Positions 22,320 to 30,947 of a stretch of DNA of 32,000 nucleotides are shown piece by piece. Below the pieces are notes generated by a model, which saw nothing but the letters and a program-made list of their open reading frames with translations, did no database searches and was not told where the DNA came from. The DNA lies in assembly GCF_900128735.1 (NCBI RefSeq), contig NZ_LT667503.1:390001-422000 (forward strand). The letters run 5' to 3'. A program made the position numbers and the translations under genes. Source of the stretch: Candidatus Saccharimonadota bacterium. GTDB lineage: Bacteria; Pseudomonadota; Gammaproteobacteria; Enterobacterales; Enterobacteriaceae. The stretch's first letter is position 1, and each line of letters opens with the position of its first letter.

Positions 22320-22736
22320 ATGTTAGTAATAGCTATAGATTATGGAACTAAAAAAATGGGTTTAGCAGTTTCAGAAACGGAACTACTTTATGCAAAACCT
22401 ATTCAAGAAATTCAGAATAATAATTGGAATGAATTAGATCGAATGATTATAAAATGGTTACCGGAACTAATTATTGTAGGCTACCCAATCAATATGAATG
22501 GAAAAAAACAAAAAATTACAAAAAAAGTAGATCAATTTTGTAATAAATTAAAAAAACGTTATAAAATACCTATTATCACACATGATGAAAGGCTCACTAC
22601 AATTGAAGCTAAATCAATTATTTTTCAAAAAGGAGGATTTAAAGCGTTAACGCGAACGTGTATTCATTCTATTTCAGCAAAAATTATTTTAGAAAGTTGG
22701 ATTACCACTCAAGATCAAAAAAAACGTATATTATAA
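22320..22736 (+). CDS. ruvX: Putative pre-16S rRNA nuclease / Holliday junction resolvase-like protein YqgF
   Basis: 138-aa ORF, the same length as E. coli YqgF. Contains IAIDYGTKKMGLAV, IIVGYPINMNG, HDERLTTIEAK and AKIILESW. Confidence 0.9.
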   Translation: MLVIAIDYGTKKMGLAVSETELLYAKPIQEIQNNNWNELDRMIIKWLPELIIVGYPINMNGKKQKITKKVDQFCNKLKKRYKIPIITHDERLTTIEAKSIIFQKGGFKALTRTCIHSISAKIILESWITTQDQKKRIL

Positions 22737-22922
22737 CTTTATAATATGATTATATTAATAAATTTATAAAAAAATATAATTTCTTTTTATCTCATATATA
22801 AAAAAATTTATTAAAATAATGAAATTAAATAAAAAAAATTAATTATTCTTTTTTTAAAAAGAATTTTTATAATATAGTATAAATAAACTATTTTCTTTTT
22901 ATAAAAAAACTACTAATAAAAA

Positions 22923-23624
22923 TTAAATTTTATAAATATATTCAAAAATTATATTACCTAATTTTATACCGCGTTTTTCATAATTAGTTTGATATAACAA
23001 CTTTTCTTGCTCGTTTTCCTTTTCCAAAATTATTTTTTTAAAAAAATCAAACTTTAAAAAAATTTTTTTGATATAATTAGCATAAGGCTGAAAATCTGTT
23101 TTAATATGTATACTACCATGAGGAATTAATTTTTTAGAAATAAGAGAAATAAAAGATGGATTTATTATTCTTCTTTTATGATGTTTTCGTTTAGGCCAAG
23201 GATCAGGAAAAAAAATTTTTATCATAAACAAAGTTTTATCAGGAATCATATTTAAAAAAACATCCACAGCATCATAGTGTATAATTTTAATATTATCAGT
23301 ATGATACATATTAGCATACTTAAGGCTAGATAATATACTTGGCGGATAGACTTCAATTCCTAAAAAATTCATTTTTGGAAATAATACAGCTTTTTTAATA
23401 AAAAAATCACCTTGACCAAACCCAATGTCTACTACAATAGGATTATTGTTGCCAAATATATCTTTAAAAGAAATGAAATGATTTTTATAATTGATCCCAA
23501 AACGAACCCATAAATCTAAAATTACACCAGAAGAACTAAAAAAATTGATTTTTCTATACCTTAATACAAAACTTTTTATTCTCTTATTTCTTTTTAAAAA
23601 ATTTATATTACTATTATTATACAT
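22923..23624 (-). CDS. trmB: tRNA (guanine-N7)-methyltransferase
   Basis: 233-aa ORF containing VVDIGFGQGDF, GIEVY, FFPDPWPKRKHHKRR and TNYEKRG, matching TrmB (YggH). Divergent from mutY as in E. coli. Confidence 0.9.
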   Translation of the reverse strand: MYNNSNINFLKRNKRIKSFVLRYRKINFFSSSGVILDLWVRFGINYKNHFISFKDIFGNNNPIVVDIGFGQGDFFIKKAVLFPKMNFLGIEVYPPSILSSLKYANMYHTDNIKIIHYDAVDVFLNMIPDKTLFMIKIFFPDPWPKRKHHKRRIINPSFISLISKKLIPHGSIHIKTDFQPYANYIKKIFLKFDFFKKIILEKENEQEKLLYQTNYEKRGIKLGNIIFEYIYKI

Positions 23625-23764
23625 TCAATAACTCCTAAAAACATTATTTAATACAATTAAAATAATAAAACTAAAAAATGATTTTTTTATTATATAAAAA
23701 ATATTAAAAAATCTATTACTATTTATTGGATATTATTAAGATAAATCAATACAAGAGAAAAGAT

Positions 23765-25063
23765 ATGATTTTTTCGCAAAAAATTTTAAATTGGTATCAT
23801 CTAAATGGTCGTAAAAATCTTCCATGGAAAAAAGATAAAAATATATATAATATTTGGATCTCGGAAATTATGTTACAAAGAACGCAAGTTAACACAGTAA
23901 TTCCATATTATAAAAAATTTATAAAAATTTTTCCTACTTTAAAAAAATTATCAAAAGCTCCAATAAAAAAAATCTTATATCTTTGGAGTGGCTTAGGATT
24001 TTATCAACGAGCACATAATATATATAAAACTACACAAATCATCATCAATCAATATCAAGGAATATTTCCCAATAATATCTCCGAAATCAAAGATTTACCA
24101 GGAATTGGTCAGTCTACAGCCCATGCTATTTTATCTTTTTCTAAAAGTTTTTGTTATCCAATATTAGATACTAATATTAAACGCATATTAATACGATATA
24201 ATTTTTCTTTAAAAAAAAAATCATTTTCTGATAAAGAATTATGGCGTATTATTAACATATTAATTCCTATACATAATGCAGAAAAATTTAATCAAGGAAT
24301 GATGGATCTCGGAGCATTAATATGTCATTCTAGAAAACCAATATGTATATCATGTCCTTTAAAAGGAACATGTAACTATTATAAAATAAAAAAATTATCA
24401 AAGATTAAAATTACTCTGAATAATTCCACTTTAGATAATAAAAAAACTGGCATAAATTTTTTAATATTATATTATAAACATTTTATTTTATTACAAAAAC
24501 AAAAAATACAAAAATTTTGGAAATCGTTATTTTTTTTTCCTATAAATTATTTTTCTATAAAATCAAATATATGGAAAAAAATTCAAAATAAATATAAAAT
24601 TCATAAAAATATAAAGTTTATGATACCTCCATTTATACATTATTGTAGTCATATAAAATTATATATTAACTCTTATATAATATACATTAATCATCAAGAT
24701 AAAAAACAAAAATATTCAAAAAAAAAATATCTTTGGTATAATATTGATCAACCCTCTAAAATAGGCATTCCTGCTCCCGTTTCTAAAATTATACAACTAA
24801 TAAAAAAAAATAGAAAAAATATTATGAAAAAAATTAAAACTCGCACAATTTTTTGTACATATTTGAAGAAAAATATGTTAGGCTTAGATTATCAATTTTA
24901 TCCCGGTCAAATAGGAGAAAAAATTTATAATGAAATTTCCCAAGAAGCATGGCAATTATGGATTAAAGAACAAACAAAAATAATCAATGAAAAAAAATTA
25001 AATATGTTTTTAGAAAAAGATAGAGATAAACTAGAAAAAGAAATGATAAAATTTCTATTTTAG
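23765..25063 (+). CDS. mutY: Adenine DNA glycosylase MutY, with no stop codon before yggX (continuous in-frame MutY-YggX ORF)
   Basis: Contains ILNWYHLNGRKNLPW, SEIMLQRTQV (catalytic Glu), the HhH segment LPGIGQSTAHAI, ILDTNIKRI (catalytic Asp) and the 4-Cys cluster C.SRKPICISCPLKGTC. The MutY-like part ends about residue 353 from ATG 23765 (PAPVSKIIQLIKK). The frame then continues through A9 (24802-24810) into the yggX ATG at 24824. Confidence 0.85.
   Translation: MIFSQKILNWYHLNGRKNLPWKKDKNIYNIWISEIMLQRTQVNTVIPYYKKFIKIFPTLKKLSKAPIKKILYLWSGLGFYQRAHNIYKTTQIIINQYQGIFPNNISEIKDLPGIGQSTAHAILSFSKSFCYPILDTNIKRILIRYNFSLKKKSFSDKELWRIINILIPIHNAEKFNQGMMDLGALICHSRKPICISCPLKGTCNYYKIKKLSKIKITLNNSTLDNKKTGINFLILYYKHFILLQKQKIQKFWKSLFFFPINYFSIKSNIWKKIQNKYKIHKNIKFMIPPFIHYCSHIKLYINSYIIYINHQDKKQKYSKKKYLWYNIDQPSKIGIPAPVSKIIQLIKKNRKNIMKKIKTRTIFCTYLKKNMLGLDYQFYPGQIGEKIYNEISQEAWQLWIKEQTKIINEKKLNMFLEKDRDKLEKEMIKFLF
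24802..24810 (+). repeat. A9 homopolymer at the mutY/yggX junction
   Basis: Counted directly: cta-at-aaaaaaaaa-tag. With 10 A the frame would read ATA AAA AAA AAA TAG, a stop. Confidence 0.95.
24824..25063 (+). CDS. yggX: Fe(2+)-trafficking protein YggX
   Basis: MKKIKTRTIFCTYLKKNMLGLDYQFYPGQIGEKIYNEISQEAWQLWIKEQTKIINEKKLNMF...EMIKFLF is colinear with E. coli YggX ([39 protein letters not shown]...INEKKLNM...MVNFLF). Confidence 0.9.
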   Translation: MKKIKTRTIFCTYLKKNMLGLDYQFYPGQIGEKIYNEISQEAWQLWIKEQTKIINEKKLNMFLEKDRDKLEKEMIKFLF

Positions 25064-25358
25064 AAAAAAATAGTTTAATATCTTCAAAAAGATTTTTAAA
25101 AGTAATTAAAAAATCTAATATGTATATATATCTTGAAAAAATATTTTTATCATTATAAAAATACATGTTTTTTATAAAAAAAATAAGAATTATATTCAAT
25201 ATATAAATAAATTATTTGGTCTTTTTTTTAAAAGAAATTATCATGTTTCTTTTAGAATCTTTTTAATACTATCAAATTAATTTTTTTAAAAAAAAATCAA
25301 AAGTAATTATTAATCTTTTCTCATTTTTTTATAAAAAAAAATTATTTTTTTATAAAAA

Positions 25359-26803
25359 TTAACAAAAATTATTAATATCTTTTATTAATTGATTAACATA
25401 TTTAGCTAATTGATTTAATAAATATACTTTCTCATAATCATCATTATATAATATTTTTAAAGAATCAATTTTATGAAAATATTGTTTAATAATTTCTGAA
25501 CGAATAATATTTTGACAATGTTTTTTCCAACTTTGTTTTTCTAATATAGTTAATGAATTAAAAAAATTTCTCGCTCGTAATCTAAAAATAATTTTATATA
25601 AACGATGATCATAAAATTTTAAATTTGTAATATTCCAATACTCTGGAGATTTTTTATGTAATAAATTTAAATGTACTTTATCTTGAGAATGAAAAAAATC
25701 ATAATATAACATTAAATCTATATTCTTTGATTTCAAAACTAATGGAAAGGGAGGATGTATTAAAAAAATAGACAAAATCCATTTTTTTATATCTTTTTTA
25801 TTTAAAAGAAAAAAAAATTTCTTTTGATATTTATAATAATTTAAATTAAGTCGTTGACACGATTTTACAGACAATGAATTGTATTTAAAAAACATAGGTG
25901 ACTGATTCAAATAAATAATCTTAATTCCAACTAACAATAAATCTTTAATAGTATAATTGATTTTATTTGATTTTTCATATAATAAAACTAAATCTTTAAG
26001 GGATCTTTCTAAATCAAAAATCAAAAGTAAATTATTATTCTTTGGATGATAACCGAATATCATAACACAACTAATATTATTTCTTTTACTACCAAATATA
26101 CTAGATAAATAAAAAAAAGGTTTGTGATAATTCTTATGAATAAAATATCGTATATTATTTTTTTTAGACATAATATATAACATAAAAAAAAATTTTTTAT
26201 TTTTAGAACATAATAACTTTGCTACTTCTATAGTGGCAAAAACATCAGAAGAGGCATCATGTACATTCCTATGTAAAATATTATTAATCTTAGTAAATTC
26301 AGATAATTTAAAGATAATATGACCTTCAGTATTTTTAGGCCATAAAATATTATTTGGATAAAAAATATAAAAAGCCCGTAAAACATTTAAAATATCCCAA
26401 CTAGAATTTCCATTTTTCCAACACCATTCATATGGATCCAAGCAATTTCGATAAAATATATTACGTGTTATTAAATTATCAAATTTTAAGTTATTAAACC
26501 CAACAATACAGGTGTCTTTTTTTAAAAAAATATTATATATTTCTCTTGCAAAATAATATTCATTTATTCCTTTTTTACATAAATCTTGAGGTAATATTTT
26601 GGTAATTAATACGGAATGAGGATCTGGCAAGTAATCTAAAGGTGGAATACAAAAAAAATTTTTTTTTTCTCTATGATATTAAAAGATAAATCAGTTCGGA
26701 GGCTAGAAAATTGAGAGACTTTATCTAATGCTGTATGAACTCCAAATGTTTCGTAATCATAAAATAAAAAATATTTAAAAAGTTTATTTGATATTTTTAG
26801 CAT
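25359..26803 (-). pseudogene. sbcB: Exodeoxyribonuclease I (sbcB) with frame broken in an A10T8 (sense) tract; one extra base restores about 481 aa
   Basis: The track ORF (25359-26630) actually begins at a TTG that aligns with Leu in E. coli ...DDYLPQPGAVLITGITPQ. Upstream, from ATG 26803, a second frame encodes MLKISNKLFKYFLFYDYETFGVHTALDKVSQFSSLRTDLSFNIIEKKK. This matches the ExoI N-terminus including the catalytic DYETFG. The span is 1445 nt, which is 482 codons minus 1 nt. Confidence 0.85.
26651..26668 (-). repeat. A8T10 (plus strand) / A10T8 (sense) composite homopolymer at the sbcB frame break
   Basis: Counted directly: atac-aaaaaaaa-tttttttttt-ctct. The two sbcB frames can only be joined between 26636 and 26681. 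Confidence 0.95.
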
Positions 26804-26848
26804 ATTAACCTAATATTAAAAATTTATTTTAATAATTCTATTATTTTA

Positions 26849-26921
26849 CTCCCCTGACTGGACTCGAACCAGTGACATACGGATTAACAGTCCGCCGTTC
26901 TACCAACTGAACTACAGAGGA
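26849..26921 (-). tRNA. tRNA-Asn (anticodon GTT), no encoded CCA
   Basis: The reverse complement TCCTCTGTAGTTCAGTTGGTAGAACGGCGGACTGTTAATCCGTATGTCACTGGTTCGAGTCCAGTCAGGGGAG is nearly identical to E. coli tRNA-Asn. Confidence 0.93.
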
Positions 26922-27124
26922 ATAATTATATTTTATATCATAAAAATGAAAAAAAAGCAACAAAAAAGGATTATGAAAAGTCAGAAAAAGATAAAAACTT
27001 TTATTTTTTAGGTATTTAAAGAATAAATAATAATATTTTTTTTTTTTTTAATAAAAAATATAGATTACTAAAAAAAATTGCTTTATAATATCACTATAAT
27101 ATTTTTTTTTAAAAAAAAATACTT

Positions 27125-27197
27125 GGCCCCTTAGCTCAGTGGTTAGAGCACACGACTCATAATCGTTTGGTCGCTGGTTCAAATCCAGCAGGGGCCA
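27125..27197 (+). tRNA. tRNA-Ile2 (anticodon CAT, lysidine-modified type), no encoded CCA
   Basis: GGCCCCTTAGCTCAGTGGTTAGAGCACACGACTCATAATCGTTTGGTCGCTGGTTCAAATCCAGCAGGGGCCA closely matches E. coli ileX as I recall it. It does not resemble elongator or initiator tRNA-Met. The Ile2 versus Met assignment rests on that recalled similarity. Confidence 0.8.
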
Positions 27198-27228
27198 TTA
27201 AATAATAATATAAAGAAAAATTTTTTAA

Positions 27229-27648
27229 CTAAAAAATAAAATTTAATGAAATATTCATATTTGAAATAAAAACTAGTTGAGCAATAACTTCTCCAGAATT
27301 AATATAAAAATTTATTTTACTTTTATTCCAAATTAATAATTTAACTTCACCTTCATTTAACTTTTTAAGAAAATTTATAAAATTTCCAAAAATAATATTT
27401 TTCATAACACCTAATCCAGCACGAGGTAATATTAAATACTGGATATTTTCCTTTTCCAAGTTACAACGATATAAAGAAATACCAGTGGATAACAATTCCG
27501 ATTGATTAGGCATAATACATAATTTATTTTTTACACATAAATTTAAGTATAATCCTATTACACCATTCATATGATAAAAAAACAATGGTAATTGTAATTT
27601 TGTGCGTTGATCTAAAATTTTTAAATGGATTATACTTCTCCAAGACAT
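27229..27648 (-). CDS. dut: dUTPase homologue with degenerate catalytic motifs and truncated C-terminus (probably catalytically inactive)
   Basis: 139-aa ORF colinear with E. coli Dut (KILD.R...LP..., PTGL/STGI, LPRSGLG/LPRAGLG, ERIAQ/EVIAQ). Motif I AGLDL is IGLYL here. Motif III GLIDSDYQG is NFLKKLNEG here. The ORF stops before motif V (RGEGGFGHSG). Only 31 nt remain before the tRNA-Ile2 gene. Confidence 0.7.
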   Translation of the reverse strand: MSWRSIIHLKILDQRTKLQLPLFFYHMNGVIGLYLNLCVKNKLCIMPNQSELLSTGISLYRCNLEKENIQYLILPRAGLGVMKNIIFGNFINFLKKLNEGEVKLLIWNKSKINFYINSGEVIAQLVFISNMNISLNFIF

Positions 27649-27724
27649 AAAAATATCCTATATAAATTTTTATACCACACAGATGCTCCAAATAATCTTA
27701 ACGTAAAAAATCAATACTAAAAAT

Positions 27725-28180
27725 TTATTTTTTTTCATTAATAATTGATATAGTAATATTTGTAAATATATTTTTATAAGGAGAAAAAATAACTTGGTGA
27801 TCCCCTAAAAAACGTAATAAACCATTCGGTAATTTTATTTCTTGTTTTTTAACTTTAATTCCTTTTTCTAAAAGCGCTTTAATAATATCTTGAACCCCAA
27901 CAGAACCAAAAATTTTTTTCTTTTCGCTTGTTTTCTTAGATATAATAATAGAATTAATAGACTGAATTTTTTTAATCCTTATATTAGCTTGATTAATTTT
28001 TTCAACTTGTTTTTTTTCTAAAGATAGAATAGAGTCTTTAAATTTTTTAATGTTTTTATCGGTTGCTAAGATTACTTTTTTTTTAGGAATCAAATAATTT
28101 CTTGCATAACCATTTCTTACTGTAATTAATTGACCTAATTTTCCTAAATTTTTTAATTTAGTTAACAAAATAACTTTCAT
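27725..28180 (-). CDS. rplI: 50S ribosomal protein L9
   Basis: 151-aa ORF starting MKVILLTKLKNLGKLGQLITVRNGYARNYLIPKKK, the L9 N-domain. Follows rpsR. Confidence 0.95.
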   Translation of the reverse strand: MKVILLTKLKNLGKLGQLITVRNGYARNYLIPKKKVILATDKNIKKFKDSILSLEKKQVEKINQANIRIKKIQSINSIIISKKTSEKKKIFGSVGVQDIIKALLEKGIKVKKQEIKLPNGLLRFLGDHQVIFSPYKNIFTNITISIINEKK

Positions 28181-28248
28181 AAATTAATTATTATCCTATA
28201 TCACACATAATTTTTTAAAAAATAGAAATTTTTTTTGATAAATTATAA

Positions 28249-28476
28249 TTACTGGTGTTGATCTGTATATGGAATAAGAGCTAAATAACGTGCAATTTTA
28301 ATAGCTTTTGATAGTTGTCGTTGATATTTTGCTTTAGTTCCAGTAATACGACTAGGAACTATTTTTCCGCTTTCAGTAATATAATTTTTTAACATTGTAA
28401 TATCTTTATAGTCTACATATTTAATGCCTTCCGAAGTAAAACGACAAAATTTTCTTCGACGAAAGTAACGAGCCAT
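28249..28476 (-). CDS. rpsR: 30S ribosomal protein S18
   Basis: 75-aa ORF starting [14 protein letters not shown], with IDYKD, GKI.PSRITGT.AKYQRQL..AIK.ARYLAL.PYTD further on. Confidence 0.96.
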   Translation of the reverse strand: MARYFRRRKFCRFTSEGIKYVDYKDITMLKNYITESGKIVPSRITGTKAKYQRQLSKAIKIARYLALIPYTDQHQ

Positions 28477-28589
28477 ATTCCTTTCCTTTTCTTGAATAAA
28501 ATTCTAGACTTAAAAAATCAATGGTATAAACATATTATTTTTTTTAATTAAAAAAACAAAAAATAGAATTTTAAATGAACGACAAAAAA

Positions 28590-28961
28590 TTAATGATTTA
28601 TAGAATTTTTAGCTAAAGAAAAAACATTCTTTTTATGATCATCTCTTATTTTTAACATTGGAGATACTTTATTAATAGCTTTTTTATTAATGATAATTAA
28701 ATTTCGAATAATATTATTATTAAATTTAAAATGTCTTGCTAACTCTTTCATTAATTTTACGTTAACTTCAATATTTATCAATAAAAAATGAGCTTTTTTT
28801 AATTTTTTAATCGAATAAGCTAAAGGTTTTCTACCCCAATCCTCTAAACGATGAATTTTCCCTTGAGTTGCAAGAATCATCTTTTTATATAATTCAATAA
28901 TATGTGCAATATTTTCGCTTTGATCTGGATGGATCATTAATATAATTTCATAATAACGCAT
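28590..28961 (-). CDS. rpsF: 30S ribosomal protein S6
   Basis: 123-aa ORF starting MRYYEIILMIHPDQSE, with GKIHRLEDWGRKPLAY.IKK..KAH further on. Confidence 0.94.
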   Translation of the reverse strand: MRYYEIILMIHPDQSENIAHIIELYKKMILATQGKIHRLEDWGRKPLAYSIKKLKKAHFLLINIEVNVKLMKELARHFKFNNNIIRNLIIINKKAINKVSPMLKIRDDHKKNVFSLAKNSINH

Positions 28962-29182
28962 AAATATAATTCCTTAATGACTGTTATATAAAAATATAAT
29001 TTTAAATTTCTCTGATTTTCATATTTTAACTGAAATATATATAAAACTCAATATAAGATGATTATAATTATTTATTATATGTTTATTACTTATTTAAAAT
29101 AAAAAAATAATCAAAATTTATCTATTTATTCTCCGTTTATTTCACTTAAAAAAAGTAAAAAATTTAAAATGTAAATTAAAGT

Positions 29183-30121
29183 TTATTTATTATTATTTAT
29201 AATTTTTTCTATTTTTGCCATCAATTCATTTTTATTATTATCATAAATTAAAGTAATATTTTTCCATTTGCGCAACCATGTAAGTTGATGTTTGACTAAT
29301 TTATGCGTCGCCTTTAAGGTATTACTAACCATATCTTGATAAGTACATTTTTTTTGTAAATATTCCCACATTTGTTTATAACCAATACTATTCATAAAAG
29401 GCAAAGGATACTTAAAAGAAAATCGATTAGATAAATCTTGTACTTCTTTTTCAAAACCATTCTCAAGCATCTTATAAAAACGTATAGAAATTTTTTCATA
29501 TAATAAATCTTTATCGAATGGAATAAAAGCAAATTGAAAAACTCGATAAGGTAATTTATTTTGTCTGAAAGTTAATAATTTACTTAACGGAATACCACCA
29601 GAAACAAAAAAAACTTCTAACGCTCTTAAAACTCGATATATATCATTCATATGTATTTTAGAGCTAGAAACATAATCAAAAATTTTTAAAGCTTTAAATA
29701 ATTTTTTTTTATTACTATTAAATAGAATTTTAAAAATATACTCTCTAACATTTTTATTAGAAGACGGTAAACAAACTAAACCATCTAATAAAGCCTTAAA
29801 ATATAACATAGAACCACCAACAAAAAAAGGAATTTTTCCAATAGAAAAAATATCATGGATCTCTTTATATGCATCATTACAAAAATCAGCAGAAGAATAA
29901 GTGTCTTGTACATTTTTAATATTAATTAATCTACATGGAGTCAAAAACAATTCTTCTGGTGTAGGTTTATCTGTACCTATATTTAATTCTTTATATATTA
30001 ATTTAGAATCTACACTTAATAATTCTATATCCGAAAATTTTTTTTTTACTTGCATTGAAAATAAACTTTTACCAATAGCCGTTGGACCCATTAAAAAAAA
30101 TAATATACGTTTAGATTTCAT
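29183..30121 (-). CDS. miaA: tRNA dimethylallyltransferase
   Basis: 312-aa ORF containing the P-loop LMGPTAIGKS, then SVDS.LIYKELNIGTDKP, GGSMLY.KALL and R.LRALEV. Confidence 0.93.
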   Translation of the reverse strand: MKSKRILFFLMGPTAIGKSLFSMQVKKKFSDIELLSVDSKLIYKELNIGTDKPTPEELFLTPCRLINIKNVQDTYSSADFCNDAYKEIHDIFSIGKIPFFVGGSMLYFKALLDGLVCLPSSNKNVREYIFKILFNSNKKKLFKALKIFDYVSSSKIHMNDIYRVLRALEVFFVSGGIPLSKLLTFRQNKLPYRVFQFAFIPFDKDLLYEKISIRFYKMLENGFEKEVQDLSNRFSFKYPLPFMNSIGYKQMWEYLQKKCTYQDMVSNTLKATHKLVKHQLTWLRKWKNITLIYDNNKNELMAKIEKIINNNK

Positions 30122-30915
30122 ATACCCTTTCTATATTTATAAATTTAAAAAAAATAAAAAGATAAAATAAAATATTTTATATTTAAATAATATATAAAAT
30201 ATAAAAAATTTTTTTTTAAAATCATTTATATTAGTTACTATAAACTACTCTACAGCGCAAAAATATTATAAAAAAAATAAATTACTAAAAAAATAATTAA
30301 AAAAAATTTATTTATGTAATTAATGAATAAACTTTCTTAATTTGATCTCTTCCCTATCTATAAAAATTAATTTCATAAAAAATAGAATAAAAAAATTAAA
30401 GAAATAATTTTTTTGAAACAAATTTCTTACCAATATTTAAAAAAATTTATCCAAAATTTTTTTAAATAAAAAAAATTTACTATGTCTGAATATTTTAAAA
30501 ATTTTTATATTTACAATTTATCTATGCTTTCTTTAAAATATTTTTTTAATATTAATTGATAATTCATTTAATTCTGTATTAAATGATATATTTCTATACT
30601 TTTTATGTTAATAAGAATATAATTAAATAAAAAAAATACTTATATTAAATAAAAGTTAAATAAAAAAATCTTTTAAAAACTTTAATTTTTTAAAACATTT
30701 TTTATTCATAACATATATATCAAAATAAAATAAAAAAAAATCAAAATTAACCCTAATTATTTATTAAATAAAAAATCTAAAAACCATTCAATGTTCTCTA
30801 TATAAAGAAACCCAAAACCAATCTTTATATCCACTATTTATTTATATAAAAATTTTTATATAAAAATATATATAATTATTTTTATTTATTAAGAATATAT
30901 CTAAAAATCATGCAT

Positions 30916-30925
30916 AAAAAAAAAA
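30916..30925 (+). repeat. A10 homopolymer separating an upstream ATG from the orn reading frame
   Basis: Counted directly: atg-cat-aaaaaaaaaa-cttaatttgg. Confidence 0.95.
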
Positions 30926-30947
30926 CTTAATTTGGATTGATTTAGAA

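Noticed and set aside
24984-25199. 71-aa minus-strand ORF downstream of yggX.
   Set aside because: It overlaps the yggX 3' end antisense. Its composition is dominated by I, F, L, K and N, as expected from random A/T-rich DNA.
27078-27100. Possible promoter TTGCTT ... TATAAT upstream of tRNA-Ile2.
   Set aside because: The spacer between the hexamers is only 11 nt, incompatible with sigma-70 geometry. TATAAT alone is uninformative at this base composition.
30826-30834. DnaA-box-like 9-mer atatccact (7/9 match to TTATCCACA).
   Set aside because: It is a single imperfect copy with no cluster of boxes and no adjacent replication genes (dnaA, gidA or mioC), so it gives no evidence for an origin.
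30840-30863. Perfect 24-nt palindrome tttatataaaaatttttatataaa about 50 nt upstream of the orn ATG.
   Set aside because: It is composed only of A and T in a spacer that is nearly pure A/T, so such palindromes arise easily by chance. It has no second copy and no flanking G/C-containing arms. It is not enough to call an operator or terminator.
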